This document shows, in pieces, positions 16,576 to 25,324 of a stretch of DNA of 30,437 bases. Source of the DNA: Candidatus Thorarchaeota archaeon (GTDB lineage Archaea; Asgardarchaeota; Thorarchaeia; Thorarchaeales; Thorarchaeaceae); assembly GCA_048882385.1 (NCBI GenBank), contig JBHLRQ010000032.1:1-30437 (forward strand), in the 5' to 3' direction. The stretch's first letter is position 1. Each line of letters begins with the position of its first letter. The position numbers and the translations under genes are program-made. Below the pieces are notes generated by a model that saw nothing but the letters and a program-made list of their open reading frames with translations, made no database searches and had not been told where the DNA came from.

Positions 16576-17937
16576 ATGCAACTAGTAGTACAATATTCTT
16601 CAGAACTTGTGACAGCAATTGGTCTTTTTATTGGAACCCTCTTGCTTGTAAGATTTACTTGGAATCGAGTCAAGAACCTTCCAGATACAGAGAGAACTCT
16701 TGGACGTCCCCTTTGGGTGGCTTCAATTAGTATCTTCTTCTTGGCTCTTACCTCACTAATCAACTTTGGATATGGTTCAGGGACTAGTGAACTGGAAATT
16801 GCTTGGTACATATCGGCAGTTATTGGTTCTGGTCTTCTAATGATTTCTGCATCAATGATCATGGGGTCAAAGAAACTACTTGTTCTTCCTGTAGTATTGA
16901 TGACTGTAATTGGTGTGATTGCTATCATTGAACCACTATACGGTGGTCTGTTGGGTGGGTTCACAGATTATGCGATTAATGTCTTTGCATTGATTCTCTT
17001 CAGTATACCCTTTGTTCTTTTCACATATCTGACCTATACAACAAGGAGAATCACAAGCTTTGCATTGGCTGTACTTTCTTTCACATATCCCTTAATCCTA
17101 ATTGCCACAACCTTCACAACCCCCGAGTTAGTTGCCACAGTTCTAGCTTTTCGCCTTTATGGTCCTGCAATATTAATTACTGCTCTAATCCTTCCAGAGT
17201 CAAAGATTGGTAGAGAACTCATTACCTATAGTTTCACTGTAAGCTCTCTGTTTTACTTCATGTCATACCTACTTGTTTCTCCATTAGTTGCAGATGCTGT
17301 GGGAATGATATCAGTAAGCTTCATTGCTATCGCCTCTATTCTCTCTATAGGAACTGCTGCTTATTCTTTCACTAGATGGAGCCAAAGCAGGAATCCTGCC
17401 ACTCTCACTCTAGCTGTATTCTTCTTTGTGGGAGGATTCTCATTTTTGACAGTGGCGCTTAATCATACTGAGTTTATCGTGGGTCTCAATGCAGAGTATT
17501 TCGCGCTACTTCTTGGTCTTATCGCTCCGATGTTTCTCAATCTTAGTTCAATTGTAGCGCTAGATTGGCGACAAGCATTACTTCTTCCTGTAGTTATTGT
17601 CGCAGCACCCCTCTTCCTAATGATGAGTGGATGGGCAGCTCAAATGCTTCCAGATGCAGTACCAAATCGAACAGTTGTGATGGCAATAACCGGTATTGCA
17701 CAAACAATCATACCCCTTGGTCTATATGGACTACTCTGGTGGAGAATGAAGAAAGCAGGAGCACCTGGACGAAGCAGAGCTCTATTTCTCACTCTTGGAG
17801 TTGTATTCCTAATTCTAGGAACAGCTGGTGGTAATGCTGTGTCACTCATTTCTTCTACATTCATTCTGAGTGCTTTCGCTGTTTGGTGGATTGGCATCAC
17901 GGGTCGTGCAGATCGGTTTCTTGGTACAATGAACTAA
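16576..17937 (+). CDS. Polytopic membrane protein (~15 TM, apparent 7+1+7 internal duplication)
   Basis: 453 aa, almost entirely hydrophobic helices with short loops; the two halves show similar motifs; GGAG RBS. Confidence 0.8.
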   Translation: MQLVVQYSSELVTAIGLFIGTLLLVRFTWNRVKNLPDTERTLGRPLWVASISIFFLALTSLINFGYGSGTSELEIAWYISAVIGSGLLMISASMIMGSKKLLVLPVVLMTVIGVIAIIEPLYGGLLGGFTDYAINVFALILFSIPFVLFTYLTYTTRRITSFALAVLSFTYPLILIATTFTTPELVATVLAFRLYGPAILITALILPESKIGRELITYSFTVSSLFYFMSYLLVSPLVADAVGMISVSFIAIASILSIGTAAYSFTRWSQSRNPATLTLAVFFFVGGFSFLTVALNHTEFIVGLNAEYFALLLGLIAPMFLNLSSIVALDWRQALLLPVVIVAAPLFLMMSGWAAQMLPDAVPNRTVVMAITGIAQTIIPLGLYGLLWWRMKKAGAPGRSRALFLTLGVVFLILGTAGGNAVSLISSTFILSAFAVWWIGITGRADRFLGTMN

Positions 17938-17950
17938 AAGGTGAATTGAC

Positions 17951-18487
17951 GTGTCAGGGAGATTGCCTATCTATAAAACCGTACTCGTCGGCGAGGGTGG
18001 TGTTGGTAAGACTAGCATCACTCTTCGATACACAGAGAACCGTTTCGATGACGAGATGAGGATGACTATTGGAGTCAACTTTGCATCTAAGAAGATGACC
18101 ATAGATGAAGCCAATGTTACCCTGATGCTCTGGGATTTGGGTGGCCAACCTCGATTCAGAGAAGTTATCTCTGATTACTTCAAGGGCGCACGAATAGCGA
18201 TAGCAGTCTATGATGCCACCAGAACCTTCTCTCTTCAGAGACTCTCTGACTGGCTTGGTAGAGTAAAAGAGAATGCTCCGGATTGTGAGATCATCTTTGT
18301 TGGCAACAAGATTGATGAACGCGAGAATGGAAGTGGTGTCACTCTTGAAGCCGCTACTGAGATGGCACGCGAGTATGGTGCTGAATGTTTGGAGGTCTCT
18401 GCGAAGACAGGTGAAGGAGTCACAGAGATGTTCGAAGCCGCAGCAAAGATTGCCATAGCAAAGCACAATGAACTACTCGGTAACTAA
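17951..18487 (+). CDS. Rab-like small GTPase (Ras superfamily)
   Basis: G1 GEGGVGKT, G2 TIGVNF, G3 WDLGGQ, G4 NKID, G5 SAK; RabF-like IGVNF, LMLWD, RFR, YFKGA; no C-terminal Cys; AGGTGA RBS. Confidence 0.95.
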   Translation: MSGRLPIYKTVLVGEGGVGKTSITLRYTENRFDDEMRMTIGVNFASKKMTIDEANVTLMLWDLGGQPRFREVISDYFKGARIAIAVYDATRTFSLQRLSDWLGRVKENAPDCEIIFVGNKIDERENGSGVTLEAATEMAREYGAECLEVSAKTGEGVTEMFEAAAKIAIAKHNELLGN

Positions 18488-18526
18488 CTGAAGGCAGTCC
18501 GTATGGTCTGCCGCTCTCCACTTTTT

Positions 18527-19609
18527 TCATCTTCTCTTCCAGATTACCAGTACTATCATGACGAACACTGCAACTCCAATCCCACCAATGACGAACTCCA
18601 TTGGGAATCTTGTTGTGATCTCTCTGACAGTCAGTCTAAATGCACTCGTCTGAGTGTTACCCAAAGTATCATTGACACTCACCTCAATTACATAGCTACC
18701 AGCATCAAGAGCATTAGTGTTTGAAATAACTCCATCATCATCAATTGCAAAATTCACTGTGTTATTGATCCACCACTGATCTATTTCTGAAGAGTCTGAA
18801 ACATTCAAGTCATAATGGAAGTCCGTCCCTACATCAATCATCTGATTGGTGAGTGGCGGGTCCCATTGAGGGGGAGCTGCATCGTAATCTATGGTATCAC
18901 TAACAGTGAGATTATCAATCGCAGGTCCTCCATGACTGAGGAAATAGAATCTCTCTGACGTGGTGTATTGCAAGTCCTTTCCATATATTATGAAGTCCCC
19001 ATTGCGATAGACCCAGAAATGTCCTGAATGGTCTCTAGTGACCATGATGTTATTCCATCCAATTAGGTTGGATACGACATAGGCACCCAAAGCAGAGGAT
19101 CCAGTTTCATGATTCCCCTTTGTTAATCGAATTTCTTGATTTCCACCCTCATGAAGATAGATTGTGACACCGTAGGCTTCGCCGACTGTTTCGTAGGTGA
19201 GCCAATCATCATCGAAAATCTCTGATATGAATGCTATAGAGAAATGATATTCATCCACTGGAATCTGGATGTCGACATCAAAGGTCCACGTCCCGAATGC
19301 TACTGAGCTGTTATGACCTGCATAACTCCACTCTGTTTCAAGGTGTCGCAAAACTCCGCCCTCTGCAGTTGTGTTCCCAGGTATCAAAGTGTCTGGTGAT
19401 GCTGTATGGTTCACCTTGAATATCTGCCAGTCGCTGATGTTCTCATCATCAAAGTTGTCTGACCAGACAATTTCTGATGGTGTTGCTCTGGATATTGGTC
19501 CCACAGTTTTTGTAGCACCAATGGTTTCTGGGATTTCACTGACTGAAAACGCTGATAACATAACCATTACAAAAACTACTGCAAGGAGCTTTAGATGCAT
19601 CTTTTTCAC
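18527..19609 (-). CDS. Cell-surface protein: signal peptide, beta-sandwich domain, Ig/cadherin-like domain, C-terminal TM anchor
   Basis: MKKMHLKLLAVVFVMVML signal; WSDNFDD beta-rich domain; PPQWDPP...FAIDDDG.I....LDAGSY.IEVSVNDTLGN Ig-like domain; TM followed by WKRR; many N-x-S/T sequons. Confidence 0.8.
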   Translation of the reverse strand: MKKMHLKLLAVVFVMVMLSAFSVSEIPETIGATKTVGPISRATPSEIVWSDNFDDENISDWQIFKVNHTASPDTLIPGNTTAEGGVLRHLETEWSYAGHNSSVAFGTWTFDVDIQIPVDEYHFSIAFISEIFDDDWLTYETVGEAYGVTIYLHEGGNQEIRLTKGNHETGSSALGAYVVSNLIGWNNIMVTRDHSGHFWVYRNGDFIIYGKDLQYTTSERFYFLSHGGPAIDNLTVSDTIDYDAAPPQWDPPLTNQMIDVGTDFHYDLNVSDSSEIDQWWINNTVNFAIDDDGVISNTNALDAGSYVIEVSVNDTLGNTQTSAFRLTVREITTRFPMEFVIGGIGVAVFVMIVLVIWKRR

Positions 19610-19736
19610 TCTAGTGTCTCCTTTCCACGCTATAATTAGTCATAACCAGCTTTCGACCTTTCTTATCAATTTATCGAGCTATTGAACAAATACAAATAGA
19701 CCTATCATATCCAAAAACTGGAAAAGAAGAAACTAG

Positions 19737-19756
19737 TGGGCAGCCAGAGCTGCCCA
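19737..19756 (-). terminator. GC-rich hairpin followed by a T-rich tract
   Basis: TGGGCAGC-4 nt-GCTGCCCA perfect 8-bp stem; the minus strand continues CTAGTTTCTTCTTTTCC; lies 38 nt after the small ORF stop. Confidence 0.65.
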
Positions 19757-19794
19757 GCTGCTTAAGCCAAAAGGAAATCCTAGGTTGTGGTCAA

Positions 19795-19944
19795 CTACTG
19801 CATAGCAAATCTAGGACACTTGTCCTTGGTTATGCCAGGAGTTTCACAGGGTTTTTGCATTCCTGTGTAAAATTTGAAACCATCAACACCGCATGTTCCA
19901 TCGGCCGCATTATATTCTGGACAGGTCATTGCACATTCTTCCAA
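19795..19944 (-). CDS. Small Cys-rich protein (49 aa), not in ORF track
   Basis: TTG start: MEECAMTCPEYNAADGTCGVDGFKFYTGMQKPCETPGITKDKCPRFAMQ; five Cys; upstream GGAG/GAGG and TTAATA box; downstream hairpin plus T tract. Confidence 0.6.
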   Translation of the reverse strand: MEECAMTCPEYNAADGTCGVDGFKFYTGMQKPCETPGITKDKCPRFAMQ

Positions 19945-20053
19945 ATCGGTCTTTAGTCCTCGGCTCCTAGGTCCTTGGACTGCTACACGGTCCTGCCTTT
20001 TGGAGCATATTAAGCTATTTCGGTTGTTGCCTTCTAGTAGACCTATTCTCGTA

Positions 20054-20854
20054 TTATAGATGCCCTCGTTCGGAAAGGACCTCTCTAAGAAGGGCTGGAT
20101 AGTCTGTGAAGATGCCGTTCACTCCCATGTTAAGAAGTCGTTCCATGTCTTCTCTGTTATTGATTGTCCAAACTTGAACTGCGATCTCTCTCTCGTGTGC
20201 TGTTTCCAGAAATCGTGGTGTAACAATTTGGAGTCCTCCGCTCCACTCTGGAACCTGGAAGGCTTTGTATGGCACAGACCGAACAAAGAATCTCATTGAT
20301 CGCATCCTGACTCCAATCACAAAATTCCGGACTTCATTAGGATGAGCTGATGTTGGAATCATTGGAGCTTTCTCTCGGAATCGCTTCATTTGAGGGGGAT
20401 GAAATGATGCTATCATTATGTTCTCCGTTCTTTGATATTCGTGTAGCACGCCAGCTACTTCTTCTGGCGCTTTGCGAAAAGTGTCCTTGATGTCTAGGTT
20501 TAGAATTGTATCAGGAAATCGTTCAAGAGCTTCTGCTAATGTAACAACCTTCAGTCCTTTTCCACGAAATGGGTATGTCTGTCCAATGTCAGAGGTGAAA
20601 TTATATCCTAAATCTATCTGCAGCAACTCATCAAGTGTTTTATCCCTGACAGACCCTGAAATCCCTGTTGTTCTAATCAAGTCATCATCATGGAAGAGAA
20701 TCGGTACATCATCCTTTGTGAACCGAATATCAGACTCAAGGACATCAACGCCAATCTTCACTGCTGCCTCTAAAGCAAGAATCGTGTTCTCAGGTATATT
20801 ACCCGACTCTCCACGGTGTGCCATAATGAGTGGTCGTCCGATGTCAAAAATCAT
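20054..20854 (-). CDS. Glycerophosphodiester phosphodiesterase (GDPD family)
   Basis: AHRG....PENT..A, ESDIRFTKD..PILFHD, NLDIK, VWTIN, GVNGIFTDYP. Confidence 0.94.
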   Translation of the reverse strand: MIFDIGRPLIMAHRGESGNIPENTILALEAAVKIGVDVLESDIRFTKDDVPILFHDDDLIRTTGISGSVRDKTLDELLQIDLGYNFTSDIGQTYPFRGKGLKVVTLAEALERFPDTILNLDIKDTFRKAPEEVAGVLHEYQRTENIMIASFHPPQMKRFREKAPMIPTSAHPNEVRNFVIGVRMRSMRFFVRSVPYKAFQVPEWSGGLQIVTPRFLETAHEREIAVQVWTINNREDMERLLNMGVNGIFTDYPALLREVLSERGHL

Positions 20855-20860
20855 GATTTG

Positions 20861-22102
20861 TCACTTCCTTAAATCGAATGCAACCTTGATTGCACTGTTC
20901 TTTCCCTTATTGGTAACTACGTCAAATGCTGTCTTGTAATCGTCGATCCTGTACTTGTGAGTAACAAGTCCCTCAAGAAGAGTTGGATTTTCCTTAATCA
21001 GCTCAAAAGCCAATTCTAAGGTGTCGATCAGTTCTCCATCATGATTCTCCAAGCCATGCATCATTGTGCCAAGTACGTTAACCTGTTTGTAGACTGTTAA
21101 AATCCAATCCGTTTTCTTAGTTGTACCAAAATTCATTCCTACTACCACTAGGGTCCCATTATTCCTGATAAGATGCAACGAGTCATCCAAAGTTGCATCA
21201 CTTCCCACAGTATCAAAGATGATGTCTGGTCCAATCCCACCGTAGAGAACTCTCTTACCTCGAGCTGGTTTGAGCAGATGTCCTCCTGAAATATCAGCGA
21301 CTCTCTGATAGAGTGTGTCTGTTTCTTTTTCAGAAATCACTACATCAGCACCAAGTTTCAGGGCCGCAGCTTCTTGGAATGGATATCGAGCTACAACAAT
21401 AATCTTGCACTTAGATCCAAGTCCCCTAATCGCTTTGATTGTCATCAGCCCAATAATCCCTCCTCCAATGACGACCACTATATCGTTGTCGGAGGGTTGT
21501 TTTCTCTTCACAGCATGAATGGCAACAGCAAGGGGTTCAGCAAGAAGGGCTTGTTCCTCCTGTACACCATCAGGAACTTTTTGAAGTTGACCTGAATAGG
21601 TCACAAAATACTCACTAAAAGCTCCACTTCCAAACCCGCCAAATTTCAGACGACCACCATATTGTTCCTCAAGAGGTGAGTCATCACCGATTCCCACAAT
21701 CGCCTGACATGTTTCGGGTCTTCCAGCCCGACAACTCTCACACAGCTCGAACCCATAGCACTCACATGACACTACTGGTGAATGACCCACTAGGTCTCCT
21801 ATCTTGAGTCCATTAACCTCACTCCCCACCTCTTCTACAATACCCACTACCTCATGACCCAGAGGAAAGGGGCTGTCTTTTCTCGCTAGGATCGTGGCCG
21901 AATATGAAATATTGACCTGAATCTGGTGTATATCAGAAGCACATATCCCTGCTATAATAGGACGTACCAATACTTGTCGTGGATGCTTGATGGTTGGCTT
22001 TGGCCAGTCATCGCGATACTTGATCATGGTGTATTTTCCAGCCAACTTCATTTTCTTCCTGATAGCCTTGCTAATCTTTAGGTCATACATTATCGCTTTC
22101 AT
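20861..22102 (-). CDS. Zinc-dependent medium-chain dehydrogenase/reductase
   Basis: GICASDIH, GHEVVG, structural Zn cysteines (C..C.SC.......C), EPLAVAIHAV, Rossmann VIGGGIIG. Confidence 0.92.
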   Translation of the reverse strand: MKAIMYDLKISKAIRKKMKLAGKYTMIKYRDDWPKPTIKHPRQVLVRPIIAGICASDIHQIQVNISYSATILARKDSPFPLGHEVVGIVEEVGSEVNGLKIGDLVGHSPVVSCECYGFELCESCRAGRPETCQAIVGIGDDSPLEEQYGGRLKFGGFGSGAFSEYFVTYSGQLQKVPDGVQEEQALLAEPLAVAIHAVKRKQPSDNDIVVVIGGGIIGLMTIKAIRGLGSKCKIIVVARYPFQEAAALKLGADVVISEKETDTLYQRVADISGGHLLKPARGKRVLYGGIGPDIIFDTVGSDATLDDSLHLIRNNGTLVVVGMNFGTTKKTDWILTVYKQVNVLGTMMHGLENHDGELIDTLELAFELIKENPTLLEGLVTHKYRIDDYKTAFDVVTNKGKNSAIKVAFDLRK

Positions 22103-22174
22103 GAGATAGCACCATTGAATATCAGAATCTGACTATGATTCGTCAAGATATATCCATCGAATAAAAGAAGGAAA

Positions 22175-22194
22175 AGGAGCGCTTGTGCGCTCCT
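22175..22194 (-). terminator. Hairpin plus T tract after the por operon
   Basis: AGGAGCGC-4 nt-GCGCTCCT 8-bp stem, 10 nt past the porB stop; the minus strand continues TTTCCTTCTTTT. Confidence 0.7.
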
Positions 22195-22204
22195 CAGCGT
22201 TGAA

Positions 22205-23164
22205 TTAATCTACGCCACAACGTTTCTTCAGGAGCTCCCAGTCGTGGTTGACCTGTTCTTGGATTCTTTTCCTGAAGTCTTCCCACTCTGGCTTGAAGAG
22301 GTGCTTGAACTGACCCTGAGTCTTGAAATATTCGTCAACTGGCTTCAATCCAGCTTCTGCAACTCTCTTGCTGGCTGCGGACATGATCCATTCCTCACCA
22401 TCTATTACTTCATAGAGTGGATGGAGTCCCGTTTCCACTGCAAGTTTGGACAGTGAGATGCTATCTCCTGTTGCAGATCTCCAGCCTCTGGGACATGGAG
22501 AGAAAGCATGCACAAATGCTGGTCCCTCGACCTCGAGAGCTTTTCGGAACTTTGTAATGAAATCACGATAGTTGGACGCCTCTGCTGTAGCAACATACGG
22601 AATCTTGTGAGCCGCAACAATCTGGGCGAGCGGTTTCTTCCGTTCTAGTTTCCCAGGGATAACACTACCTCCCCAAGAGGTTGTGGTCTCCTGACCTGGG
22701 AAAGTTGCTCCAGATCGTTGGATTCCTGTGTTTTGATATGCACCGTTGTCGTAACACATGTAGACAAAATCATGGCCGCGTTCCAACGCACCACTGATGG
22801 CTCCAAACCCAATGTCAAAGGATGAACCATCACCTCCCAACGCAATCACATCAACATGCTCATGCTTGTATCTACCCTTTGCTCGCATGGCATTAATAGC
22901 TTCAACAGCACCAGATGCCACTGCTGCTGCATTTTCAAAAGCCACATGGATCCAAGGTATCTTCCAGGCAGTGTAAGGATAGATTGTTGTCGCAACCTCG
23001 AGGCAACCAGTGTTATTGCATACAATGGTTGGCCCTCTAAGTGCCATTCCCATGAGCTTTATCACAGGCGGAGCCCCACATCCTGCGCACATCCTGTGAC
23101 CAGAACTTATTATTGGTTCACGCTTGAGCATGTCCTTTATTGATACTGCTGGCTTGTCACTCAT
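22205..23164 (-). CDS. porB: Pyruvate/2-oxoacid:ferredoxin oxidoreductase beta subunit
   Basis: GHRMCAGCG, TGCLEV, FENAAAVASG, TPP motif GGDG...DN, NTGIQRS, SPCPRGW. Confidence 0.93.
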   Translation of the reverse strand: MSDKPAVSIKDMLKREPIISSGHRMCAGCGAPPVIKLMGMALRGPTIVCNNTGCLEVATTIYPYTAWKIPWIHVAFENAAAVASGAVEAINAMRAKGRYKHEHVDVIALGGDGSSFDIGFGAISGALERGHDFVYMCYDNGAYQNTGIQRSGATFPGQETTTSWGGSVIPGKLERKKPLAQIVAAHKIPYVATAEASNYRDFITKFRKALEVEGPAFVHAFSPCPRGWRSATGDSISLSKLAVETGLHPLYEVIDGEEWIMSAASKRVAEAGLKPVDEYFKTQGQFKHLFKPEWEDFRKRIQEQVNHDWELLKKRCGVD

Positions 23165-24357
23165 TACTTGCGCACCCCCAAGGTTTCATACAAAGGAGCT
23201 TCACCTTTCTTGAGGTACTCCTTCGTCTTCTCTATTCCTTCAACGAATGTAATTGGTGGAACATCGCGGCCCCCCAGTCCAACAACAAAGTCAACGACCA
23301 TGGGTCGCTCCTTCGAATCGTACAGAGAAGTTCTGACTTCCAGAGCCAACGGGTGTGTAGCTGCTCCGAATGACATTGCCTTCTCAAACACTGCTACAGC
23401 CTTTGTTTTTCCAATGGCTTTAGCAATATCTTTTGCAGGGAATGGTCGGAACATCTTGAGTCTGATGACACCAACTTTGTCACCCTTCTCTCTCATGGCA
23501 TCCGCGACAACCTTTGCTGTCCCTCCCATGGAGCTCATTGCGAGTATGATGATGTCTGCGTCATCTGTCTTGTATGTTTCAAAGAGACCGTACTTTCGAC
23601 CTGTGAGTTTCGAGAATTCTTCCTCAACCTCTTTGTATGCCTTAGCTACACCCATGATTGCCTCATCTTGCTGCTCCTTAAACTCGAAGTAGTAGTCAGT
23701 TAGCGCTAGTGGGCCCATTGTGATAGGATTGTCAGGGTCAAGTGAGATGAAAGGTTCACGTACTCCAAGAAACTTGGTAACAACATCATCAGGTAGCATC
23801 TCAACTCGCTCTACGTTATGACTCACAATGAATCCATCAATTCCTACCATCACGGGCAACAACACATCATGTCGCTCTGCAAGTTTGAATGCCATGATTG
23901 TTGTATCATAGGCTTCCTGAGAGCTCTGACAATAGAGTTGCACGAATCCACTGTCACGCATTCCCATACCATCTGAATGGTCATTGTGGATGTTGATTGG
24001 TGCTGATAGAGCACGATTTGCCACAGTGAACACAATTGGCATCCTCATTGACGCTGCACAGTATAGGATTTCCCACATCAGTGCAAGTCCTGCTGAAGCT
24101 GATGCAGTTGCTACACGGCCTCCTACAGCTGAGGCTCCCACACATGCACTCATGGCTGAGTGTTCAGATTCTACAGGAATGACTCTAGCCTTCACCTCAC
24201 CATCTGCCGCAAAGCGTTGGTAGTCCTCAACGATAATGGTCTGGGGAGTGATCGGGTATGCAGCCAAAACATCAAGGTCAGCTTGCTTTAGTGCATGCGC
24301 AATAGCTGCGTCGCCAGTCAGACCTTCAACAGTAATTTTCTCTTTTGGTACACTCAT
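23164..24357 (-). CDS. porA: Pyruvate/2-oxoacid:ferredoxin oxidoreductase alpha subunit
   Basis: AAYPITPQT, ESEHSAMSA, NRALSAPINIH.DHSD, FRPFP, GLGGRD; start set at ATG 24357 after GGAGTGA RBS. Confidence 0.93.
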   Translation of the reverse strand: MSVPKEKITVEGLTGDAAIAHALKQADLDVLAAYPITPQTIIVEDYQRFAADGEVKARVIPVESEHSAMSACVGASAVGGRVATASASAGLALMWEILYCAASMRMPIVFTVANRALSAPINIHNDHSDGMGMRDSGFVQLYCQSSQEAYDTTIMAFKLAERHDVLLPVMVGIDGFIVSHNVERVEMLPDDVVTKFLGVREPFISLDPDNPITMGPLALTDYYFEFKEQQDEAIMGVAKAYKEVEEEFSKLTGRKYGLFETYKTDDADIIILAMSSMGGTAKVVADAMREKGDKVGVIRLKMFRPFPAKDIAKAIGKTKAVAVFEKAMSFGAATHPLALEVRTSLYDSKERPMVVDFVVGLGGRDVPPITFVEGIEKTKEYLKKGEAPLYETLGVRK

Positions 24358-24362
24358 CTTAC

Positions 24363-24659
24363 TCACTCCTTTTCCATGTGGATGCTGTCTGTTGGGCATT
24401 CTTTAGCACAAATCCCACATCCTTTGCAGTAGTCATAGTTGTAATCGTATGAGTACTTTCCATCCTTCTCTGTCAAAATAACCGCCATATCAGGACAGAA
24501 GATCCAACAACGCCCGCAGGTGCCATTCTTTATCCAGAGGCACTTTTCATCGCTGTGGATTGGCCGCTCTGCCCGCCATCCGCCTGTTTTGTACTTCTCT
24601 GAATTGCCGGGCTCAACAATGTTACCTGCAATAGGTATCTCATCGTATTTCTCACTCAT
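24363..24659 (-). CDS. porD: Pyruvate/2-oxoacid:ferredoxin oxidoreductase delta subunit (2x[4Fe-4S])
   Basis: KTGGWR..RP, C-x7-CGRCWIFCPD, YDYCKGCGICAKECP. Confidence 0.93.
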   Translation of the reverse strand: MSEKYDEIPIAGNIVEPGNSEKYKTGGWRAERPIHSDEKCLWIKNGTCGRCWIFCPDMAVILTEKDGKYSYDYNYDYCKGCGICAKECPTDSIHMEKE

Positions 24660-25231
24660 CCGACATTTACCTCCTTTACAGCTCTCTCAATTGCGACCTT
24701 GTTCAGATCACCAACCTTTCCAGGATATCTTTCAAGGACCTCATTTATCACAGTTTCAACAGCAACTATACCTGTCGCCTGAACTGCAGCCGCCATGGTA
24801 GGCATGTTATAAAATGGACGACCCATGACTTCCATTGCGATTGTGCTTGCATCGACTGTGACAACTTTACCTCCTTTGAATCCGAACTTGTCCCGAATCT
24901 CTTTTGGGTCCTTGTCTGAGTTTATGACAAGAGTACCTTCTTTCTTTAAACCCTCAGTCACGTCCACAACTTCCAACAGTGTCGGGTCTATACAAACCAC
25001 GACATCTGGATCATATACTTGTGCATAGACCTGAATGGGTTGTTTACTAATTCTCAAAAATGCCCTCACAGGCGCTCCAGTCCTTTCCGGACCAAACTCT
25101 GGAAATGCCTGAATGTAGTTGCCTTCAGCGAGGGCTGCTTTTCCGAGCATCTGGTTGCTTGTGACCACACCTTGGCCACCGCGACCATGCCAGCGAAATT
25201 CAGTAATTCCTTTTGCGAAATCCATCGCCAT
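24656..25231 (-). CDS. porC: Pyruvate/2-oxoacid:ferredoxin oxidoreductase gamma subunit
   Basis: EFRWHGRGGQGVVT, QAFPEFGPERTGAPV; AGGTGA RBS precedes ATG 25231. Confidence 0.93.
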   Translation of the reverse strand: MAMDFAKGITEFRWHGRGGQGVVTSNQMLGKAALAEGNYIQAFPEFGPERTGAPVRAFLRISKQPIQVYAQVYDPDVVVCIDPTLLEVVDVTEGLKKEGTLVINSDKDPKEIRDKFGFKGGKVVTVDASTIAMEVMGRPFYNMPTMAAAVQATGIVAVETVINEVLERYPGKVGDLNKVAIERAVKEVNVG

Positions 25232-25324
25232 TGTCAATCTCACCTACATTGGGAGAGTATGCAGGGGAGGCTCGCTGAGGGCTGCTTATGTATTTACTGG
25301 CGTGGACCTCTACTCATCCAAATT

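Noticed and set aside
12421-18487. ICMT-family gene as a prenyl-processing partner for the Rab-like GTPase
   Set aside because: The GTPase has no C-terminal cysteine, the genes are in separate units, and this methyltransferase family is widespread in prokaryotes.
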